The position numbers and the translations under genes were made by a program. The notes below the pieces were generated by a model that was given only the letters and a program-made list of their open reading frames with translations, made no database searches and had not been told where the DNA came from. DNA of 64,000 nt from Terriglobia bacterium (GTDB lineage: Bacteria; Acidobacteriota; Terriglobia; 20CM-2-55-15): contig CBDAOY010000008.1 in the NCBI GenBank assembly GCA_965198225.1, positions 480,001 through 544,000 of the forward strand. Reading direction: 5' to 3'. How positions within the stretch are numbered: position 1 is the stretch's first letter; every line of letters starts with the position of its first letter. Of the stretch, positions 58,167 through 64,000 are shown one piece after another.

Positions 58167-60140
58167 ATGTGTGGAGTTAACGGAAAGATACGCTTCAGCG
58201 GTGGGGTAGGGGAACCGGACATCGTCCGGATGAATGCGGCGATACGCCATCGCGGTCCGGACGACGAGAGCGTCTTTGTATCCGAGGACGGTTGCGTCGG
58301 GCTCGGTCTGACCCGACTGGCCATCATCGACCTGTCCCCCCTGGGACGACAGCCGATGAGCTACCTGGATCGCTATTGGATCGTCTTCAACGGTGAAATA
58401 TACAACTTCGCCGAACTCCGGGCAGATCTGGAAAAGGACGGATACTCGTTCCGATCGAAGACCGACACCGAGGTGATCCTCGCGTTGTACGACAAGCACC
58501 GTGAAGGATGTCTCGACTATCTTCGAGGGATGTTCGGACTGGCGATCTACGATAGCCACGAGAAGACTCTGTTCTGCGCCAGGGACCGTGTCGGAAAGAA
58601 GCCGTTCAAGTTCTACCTGGATGAGGATGTCTTCGTTTTTTCCTCCGAGCTCAAAGCGATACTCACTCAACCCGAGTACGAAAAGACGCCCGATTACACC
58701 GCGATTCACCATTACCTGACGTTTTTCTACTGTCCCGCACCCCGGACCGGCTTCGCAGGAATACAAAAGCTGGAGCCCGGCCACTACCTGCACATCCATA
58801 TCCCTACTCGAACCATACGTAAGGAAAGGTATTGGCGGCTGGACTACTCGGACCAGCTGGATCTATCTGAAGGCGAATGGTGCGAGAGGATCCGTCAGAA
58901 GCTGGATGAAGCGGTCCGCCTGCGGATGGTGTCCGACGTCCCGATCGGCGCCTTCCTGTCTGGCGGTGTAGATTCGAGCGCGGTCGTGGCGCTCATGAGC
59001 CGCGCCTCCGGACGGCGCATCAAGACGTTCTCGATCGGTTTTGACGACGCCGAATTCACCGAAGTGGAGTACGCGAGGATGGTCGCCGAGATGTACGACA
59101 CGGACCACACGGAGTTCGAAGTCCATTCTCGTTCCATCGAGGTGCTGCCCGACATCGTCAGGCACTTCGAGGAACCCTACGCCGACGACAGCGCGCTGCC
59201 AACCTACTACCTCTGCAAGCTCGCCCGAGAGCACGTGACCGTCGCGCTGAACGGTGACGGAGGTGACGAGTGCTTCGCAGGCTACCGGCGCTACAAGTTT
59301 CTACGGCTGACTCTGCGCTACGACAAGCTCATGCCGCTGCACAGGCACGTCGGTATGCCGGTGGCCGGCGCCCTGGCCCGAGCGACGGGGAAGACGTTCT
59401 TCCACAAGCTGTACCGCTACGGACGGAGGCTGTCTGCCGACCCCATCGAGCGTTACATCAGCATCATCAACTGTTTCGACAACGAAACGAAACCATTGCT
59501 CTACGGAGCCGACTTCAGGGATTTCGTCGATACCTCGGACAGTTATGACTTGATCCGGGACCAATTTCGAGCGGCCGGCGTCGATGAGATTCTCGACCAG
59601 ATGCTCTACACCGACTTCGCCACCTACCTGCCCGACGATCTCATGGCGAAGGTGGACATCAACAGCATGGCCGTGTCGCTGGAAGGCCGATCGCCCTTCC
59701 TCGATCACGAGTTTGTGGAACTGGCTGCGCGGGTCCCGGTTTCACTCAAACTGCGGGGAATCAATTCGTCGAAGTACATACTGAAGAAAGCGCTGAAGGG
59801 CCTCGTACCTGACCCGATCCTGAGACGTGGAAAGATGGGTTTTGGCACGCCTATGGCGCCATGGTTGCGCGGCGACCTGGCTCCGTTTGCGAGGGAAACT
59901 CTCCTGTCGACGAGAGCCGTCGACCGGATGCTGTTCGATCCGAGCTTCGTGACGAAGCTGATCGACACTCATGTCAGCGGCCATCGGGATCATTCCCGTC
60001 TCATCTGGGCGCTCTTGACGCTGGAGATATGGTTTCAGGAATACTTCGATCGCCCGGACGCGGGTGACGAGGGCTGGTTCAGCTGGGCCGCCCCACACCC
60101 TCTGAGTTCTGCCACGGGCTGCAAGACTTCCTCTGGATGA
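58167..60140 (+). CDS. asnB: Asparagine synthase-like glutamine-dependent amidotransferase (glycan amidation)
   Basis: MCG start, HRGPD, RLAIIDLS..QPM, FNGEIYN, FLSGGVDSS, GDGGDE, K.GF. Confidence 0.93.
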   Translation: MCGVNGKIRFSGGVGEPDIVRMNAAIRHRGPDDESVFVSEDGCVGLGLTRLAIIDLSPLGRQPMSYLDRYWIVFNGEIYNFAELRADLEKDGYSFRSKTDTEVILALYDKHREGCLDYLRGMFGLAIYDSHEKTLFCARDRVGKKPFKFYLDEDVFVFSSELKAILTQPEYEKTPDYTAIHHYLTFFYCPAPRTGFAGIQKLEPGHYLHIHIPTRTIRKERYWRLDYSDQLDLSEGEWCERIRQKLDEAVRLRMVSDVPIGAFLSGGVDSSAVVALMSRASGRRIKTFSIGFDDAEFTEVEYARMVAEMYDTDHTEFEVHSRSIEVLPDIVRHFEEPYADDSALPTYYLCKLAREHVTVALNGDGGDECFAGYRRYKFLRLTLRYDKLMPLHRHVGMPVAGALARATGKTFFHKLYRYGRRLSADPIERYISIINCFDNETKPLLYGADFRDFVDTSDSYDLIRDQFRAAGVDEILDQMLYTDFATYLPDDLMAKVDINSMAVSLEGRSPFLDHEFVELAARVPVSLKLRGINSSKYILKKALKGLVPDPILRRGKMGFGTPMAPWLRGDLAPFARETLLSTRAVDRMLFDPSFVTKLIDTHVSGHRDHSRLIWALLTLEIWFQEYFDRPDAGDEGWFSWAAPHPLSSATGCKTSSG

Positions 60141-60316
60141 CACAACCGACCAAGATCCTCTTATTCATGCCGAACCTTGCCGGCGGAGGCGCCGAGCGGG
60201 TTGCCCTCAACCTGTCCCGAGAGTTTGGGCGGCGGGGTGTCGGTGTCCTGTTCGTGATCCTCGAAAACCGAATCGGGGACCGCTACCTCGAGACGATCCT
60301 GGGTGGTCCGGTTTGA
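60137..60316 (+). pseudogene. Internally deleted glycosyltransferase mini-gene (59 aa)
   Basis: MTQPTKILLFMPNLAGGGAERVALNLSREFGRRGVGVLFVILENRIGDRYLETILGGPV*: N-part matches the N-terminus and tail resembles the C-terminus of the next GT; not in ORF track (<60 aa). Confidence 0.8.
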
Positions 60317-61458
60317 AAGGAACACGAACAGGCATTCAACCCGGCTTGAAAGCTCTCTTCTTCCTGCCGAACCTCGGTGGAGGCGGGACCGAACGCGTTG
60401 CGATCAATCTCGCAAAGGAATTCCGACGCCGTGGGGTCGCTGTGAAGTTCGTGATCCTGGAGGACAGGATCGAGCTGGACGTTGATCGAGGGCACGTGGT
60501 CTTGATCGGTGTGGGAAAGTCCAGAACGACTCTGATGCGGCCGCTCTACTGGGTCGGCAGCATCATGGGATTGCGCCGTGTCCTGGAGGCGGAAGCCCCC
60601 GACGCGTTGGTGAGTTTCCTGACCGGGCCGAACTACATGGCGAGCATCGCGCGTTGCTTCAGCCGGATTCCGCGGTTGGTTCTCAGCGAGCGGTGCGTCG
60701 TTTCCACCGACCTGGGCGGATGGATCTGGCGTCTGGTCCAGATCTCGATCTGGCTGGTCTATCGTTCCGCTGACACGATAATCGTCAATTCCGAAGAAAT
60801 TGGCCGGGACCTGCAGAAGCTTGGTGTGCGGTCGGAGAAGATCGTGAGGGTGCCGAACCCCGCGGACCTGGAACAGATCCAGAGTCTCGGCGCCGCGCCT
60901 ATCGCGGAATGGGACAGGCTGTATTCGCGTCCGGCTATCTGTGCGGTCGGACGTCTGGAAGAGGAGAAAGGGTACCCGTATCTTCTACGTGCGTTCGAGA
61001 TGCTCGACAACAGAGACATCCACCTCATCATCCTGGGCAAAGGGGAAGACGAGGCGAAGCTGAAGCGCCTGGCGGTTGACCTGAGAGTCGAGGATCGCGT
61101 CTTCTTCGTCGGCTTTCAGACGAATCCATACCGGTTCATCAAACACGCGTCCCTGCTGGTGCTTTCGTCGCTCTGGGAGGGCCAGCCCAACGTCTTGATC
61201 GAAGCGCTCGCACTGGGTACGCCCATCGTCGCCACGGACTGTTCCAGCAGCATCCGTGAGGTGTTGGGGAAAGGTGAATTCGGTGTGATCATACCAAGCG
61301 GCGACGCACGCCTTCTGAGCGACGCAATTGGTGACGTTCTGGAGGGCCGGGCGCGATTCGACCGCGAGGCTCTCGTGTCTCGTGCCTCGGAGTTTGCGAT
61401 GGAGAAGATCGGGACTCGGTACGGAGAAGTAGTCTTCGGTCCTTCGAGCGTCGGCTGA
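60313..61458 (+). CDS. GT4-family glycosyltransferase (WbnH/PglJ-like)
   Basis: LPNLGGGGTERV, VGRL..EKG, GFQTNPY, SSLWEGQPNVLIEA. Confidence 0.92.
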   Translation: MKGTRTGIQPGLKALFFLPNLGGGGTERVAINLAKEFRRRGVAVKFVILEDRIELDVDRGHVVLIGVGKSRTTLMRPLYWVGSIMGLRRVLEAEAPDALVSFLTGPNYMASIARCFSRIPRLVLSERCVVSTDLGGWIWRLVQISIWLVYRSADTIIVNSEEIGRDLQKLGVRSEKIVRVPNPADLEQIQSLGAAPIAEWDRLYSRPAICAVGRLEEEKGYPYLLRAFEMLDNRDIHLIILGKGEDEAKLKRLAVDLRVEDRVFFVGFQTNPYRFIKHASLLVLSSLWEGQPNVLIEALALGTPIVATDCSSSIREVLGKGEFGVIIPSGDARLLSDAIGDVLEGRARFDREALVSRASEFAMEKIGTRYGEVVFGPSSVG

Positions 61459-61462
61459 TGGA

Positions 61463-62857
61463 ATGACACCTCGCGCTCCAGAGCTGAACCCCGAGGGTGA
61501 AAACCGGCAGGACCGGTTCCGTTTCCTGACCGGCTTTCTGGAATGGGCCCACGTCGATCGGGCGGTCGGGTTCGCACTGCTTGCCAAGGCCTGGCAGGTT
61601 CTCGCGGCGCCCGTCACGATCCTGCTGATCACGGCATATCTCACACCGGAACTGCAGGGTTTCTATTACACCTTCTACAGCCTCCTGGCGCTACAGGCGT
61701 TCGTCGAACTGGGCCTGTACACCGTGATCATCGTGATCGCAAGCCACGAATGGGCCCACCTTGAGCTCGATTCCTCCGGCAGACTTGCCGGCGCCGCGGA
61801 CGCGATGTCGCGTCTCATCAGTCTCGGCCGGCTGGCCTTCAAGTGGTATGCGGTCGCCAGCGCGGGTCTCATGGTCGTGGTCGGAGCTGCCGGCTACCTG
61901 TTCTTGTCGAGGGCCTCGACTCCGGACATTGCATGGCAGGCTCCGTGGATCATCTTCGTCGCGATATCGGCTCTCCTGCTTTGGGCGCTCCCGTTCGTGT
62001 CGTTGCTGGAAGGTTGCAACCAACTCGTCACGATCAACAGGTTTCGCGTTTCGCAGGTCGTTCTGAGCAGCTGCGCCCTCTGGTTGACTCTGGCATTGGG
62101 CGGCGGTTTGTGGGCTGTGGTCGCGGCCGCTGCGACGAGCCTCATCCGTGACATCTATCTCCTGCTCGTCCAGTACCGCGCCTTCTTCAGGCCTTTTTTC
62201 GAGCCATCGTCGGGCTCGCGTGTCGACTGGAAGGGCGAAGTCTGGCCCCTGCAATGGAAGTTCGCCGTTTACAGCGTGATCGGCTACTTCAGCTCCTACC
62301 TCTATGGTCCGGTGATCTTCTACTACTATGGTCCTGCCGCGGCGGGCCGAATCGGGATGACGTGGACCCTTGTTTTGCACCTTACCGCGATTTCCTGGGC
62401 CTGGGTTTCTACCAAGGTGCCCCGGTTCGGCGTACTGATCGAGAGGAGAGACTATCCGACCCTGGATCGCCTCTTCTTCGTCACGACCGCCGTGACGACC
62501 GTCCTGATAACTGCTGGCGGGTTTGCGCTCTGGTTGCTGGTCGCGATCCTGGACCGGATGGGGCATCCGCTCGCCGAGCGTGTTCTGGAACCAACACCGA
62601 CTGCGTTGCTTGCCGCCGGGGCCGTCCTGATGCATGTCACCCGCTGCGAGTCTGCCTACATGCGAGCCCACAAGGAGGAACCCGGCTTCGTCTTCGCAGT
62701 CCTTTCTTACACCATGATCGGTGTGCTGGTGTGGCTGCTGGGCAGTCGGTACGGTCCGATCGGAGCCGTCCTGGCGTTCACTATGGTGCAGGGGGTCTTC
62801 GTCCTGGGATGGACTCTGATCTGGCACAAGAACCGCAAACGGTGGCGGGGGGTATGA
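61463..62857 (+). CDS. Polysaccharide flippase-like (Wzx/MOP) membrane protein
   Basis: About 12 TM segments; QGFYYTF.SL.ALQ.F.ELG; located in glycan locus. Confidence 0.7.
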   Translation: MTPRAPELNPEGENRQDRFRFLTGFLEWAHVDRAVGFALLAKAWQVLAAPVTILLITAYLTPELQGFYYTFYSLLALQAFVELGLYTVIIVIASHEWAHLELDSSGRLAGAADAMSRLISLGRLAFKWYAVASAGLMVVVGAAGYLFLSRASTPDIAWQAPWIIFVAISALLLWALPFVSLLEGCNQLVTINRFRVSQVVLSSCALWLTLALGGGLWAVVAAAATSLIRDIYLLLVQYRAFFRPFFEPSSGSRVDWKGEVWPLQWKFAVYSVIGYFSSYLYGPVIFYYYGPAAAGRIGMTWTLVLHLTAISWAWVSTKVPRFGVLIERRDYPTLDRLFFVTTAVTTVLITAGGFALWLLVAILDRMGHPLAERVLEPTPTALLAAGAVLMHVTRCESAYMRAHKEEPGFVFAVLSYTMIGVLVWLLGSRYGPIGAVLAFTMVQGVFVLGWTLIWHKNRKRWRGV

Positions 62858-62879
62858 CTCCGGACGTTACGCAGGCTGA

Positions 62880-62957
62880 TTTCTCAGACTTTTCTGCTTA
62901 GCCAACACCCGGGGACAGAGCCAGGCCCTGTCACCCTCACATTGGCTCTCTCGCGGT
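62880..62957 (-). repeat. Second copy of 77/78-bp dispersed intergenic repeat
   Basis: Reverse complement aligns to 37372-37448 with 7 mismatches and 1 gap. Confidence 0.85.
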
Positions 62958-63166
62958 TCGTTTCGGTTCAACGGGGTTTCTAGCTACGCTAGTGGCCTGT
63001 ATGCGTGACAGAGATGCGTCGGCAGGAGAAGAGCACCCCGGTACTACATGTGACAGCTATGCTGTGGGACCCAAGGCGAATATCGCGGCGCAGTAGACCG
63101 ATCGCGGCGTTTACCGGTCATAGAACGCAACCCCCGCGACCGCACAGCGCGAACGTCAGGCCGCAT

Positions 63167-64000
63167 TTGCCACAGTTCCGAGGGCGGGGCCGTTCATTCG
63201 TCCTGACAGTACTTCTGGCCATCGCGCCAGGCGGTCACGCCCAGTCGAACGAGTGCCCTACGCCCATCAACGGGGCCCTCCGGGGAGAAGCGGGCAACAT
63301 CCAGGATCACACGTTCCATTCGCTGGCGATCGATCCAACCGACCCGAACATCGTCTACGTCGGGACGGAGACCAGCGGCGTATTCAAGACGATCGACGGC
63401 GGCAGTTCGTGGACACGCCTTCGCGCCGGCCTGAAGTGCACGCCGAACAAGACCGGATACTCGCAAGTATTCGACGTCGTCCCCGATCCGGTGAACCCGC
63501 AGGTCCTGTACGCGGCCACCGTCAACGGGCCGGGTCCGGGAGACGACCCGTCGTTCCCCAGCGCTTCGGGTGGCGTTTACAAGAGCACGGCCGGCGGTGA
63601 ATCCTGGATCCAGAAAATCCAGGGCCTCGACAACACCTATGCGTCCTGGGTCCTGATCGACTCCACCAGCCCGAACCGGGTCTACACCGGCATCGGAGGC
63701 CTCCGTTCTTCGTTCAGCGGCTCGACGAATCAGTTCTATGAAGGTGGCATCTACAGCAGCGACGACGGCGGCGACACCTGGAGCACGCTGGCGCTGCCAG
63801 ACGGTGTTACCACGAACATCTTCGTCGACATGGCGCTTCGGGGCACCGGGCAGCGGACGCTGTATGCCTCCGCCCAGGTTCACGGAACCGATGCTCCCAC
63901 GGCGTACGGCCTGATCCGCACCCGGGATTCCGGTCAGACCTGGACCATCGTCAACCCGTCCGCGCAAACGAGCCCCTGGTCGTGCATGCCCGACTCGAAA
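63167..64000 (+). CDS. Exported BNR/Asp-box beta-propeller protein (runs off window; start uncertain)
   Basis: Open frame to the window end: SFVLTVLLAIAPGGHAQ signal, LAIDPTDPNIVYVGT..GVFKTIDGGSSW, KSTAGGESW, SSDDGGDTW, TRDSGQTW; in-frame ATGs also at 63014 and 63059. Confidence 0.8.
   Translation, partial: MPQFRGRGRSFVLTVLLAIAPGGHAQSNECPTPINGALRGEAGNIQDHTFHSLAIDPTDPNIVYVGTETSGVFKTIDGGSSWTRLRAGLKCTPNKTGYSQVFDVVPDPVNPQVLYAATVNGPGPGDDPSFPSASGGVYKSTAGGESWIQKIQGLDNTYASWVLIDSTSPNRVYTGIGGLRSSFSGSTNQFYEGGIYSSDDGGDTWSTLALPDGVTTNIFVDMALRGTGQRTLYASAQVHGTDAPTAYGLIRTRDSGQTWTIVNPSAQTSPWSCMPDSK

Noticed and set aside
852-63967. Many long antisense/alternate-frame ORFs (e.g. 15867-17534, 39563-41443, 63194-63967)
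   Set aside because: Shadow ORFs of real genes, expected from high-GC codon bias; no recognisable motifs

Overview
GC-rich bacterial chromosome segment, most likely Acidobacteriota (PadR/ADOP permease remnant, Fo a/c genes split from the rest of the atp operon, expanded DUF1592/DUF1552 genes). From left to right: the end of a complex I operon (nuoL-M-N), an IS4 element, pncB-pncA, and an Fo ATP synthase cluster (atpZ-like, atpI, atpB, atpE). Next comes a 16-kb tandem array of an uncharacterised, apparently exported module, [diheme DUF1592/PSD cytochrome c - Tat DUF1552 His/Cys protein - ankyrin protein ending in CVSC], present 2 and 2/3 times. It converges on a second, reduced complex I operon (nuoA-E-H-J-K-L-M-N, without nuoB/C/D/F/G/I). 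Then follow a thiS-thiG fusion, acyl-CoA dehydrogenase + MaoC, ntrYX, pilB-pilC-pilS-pilR, a gene split by an IS256 element, and a surface-glycan locus that includes an internally deleted glycosyltransferase mini-gene. The intergenic DNA holds several repeat families: GTAG-REP doublets, inverted heptamer tracts, a MITE-like element and a 77-bp dispersed repeat. No rRNA, tRNA or CRISPR array was recognised. All family assignments were made by reading motifs, not by database search.
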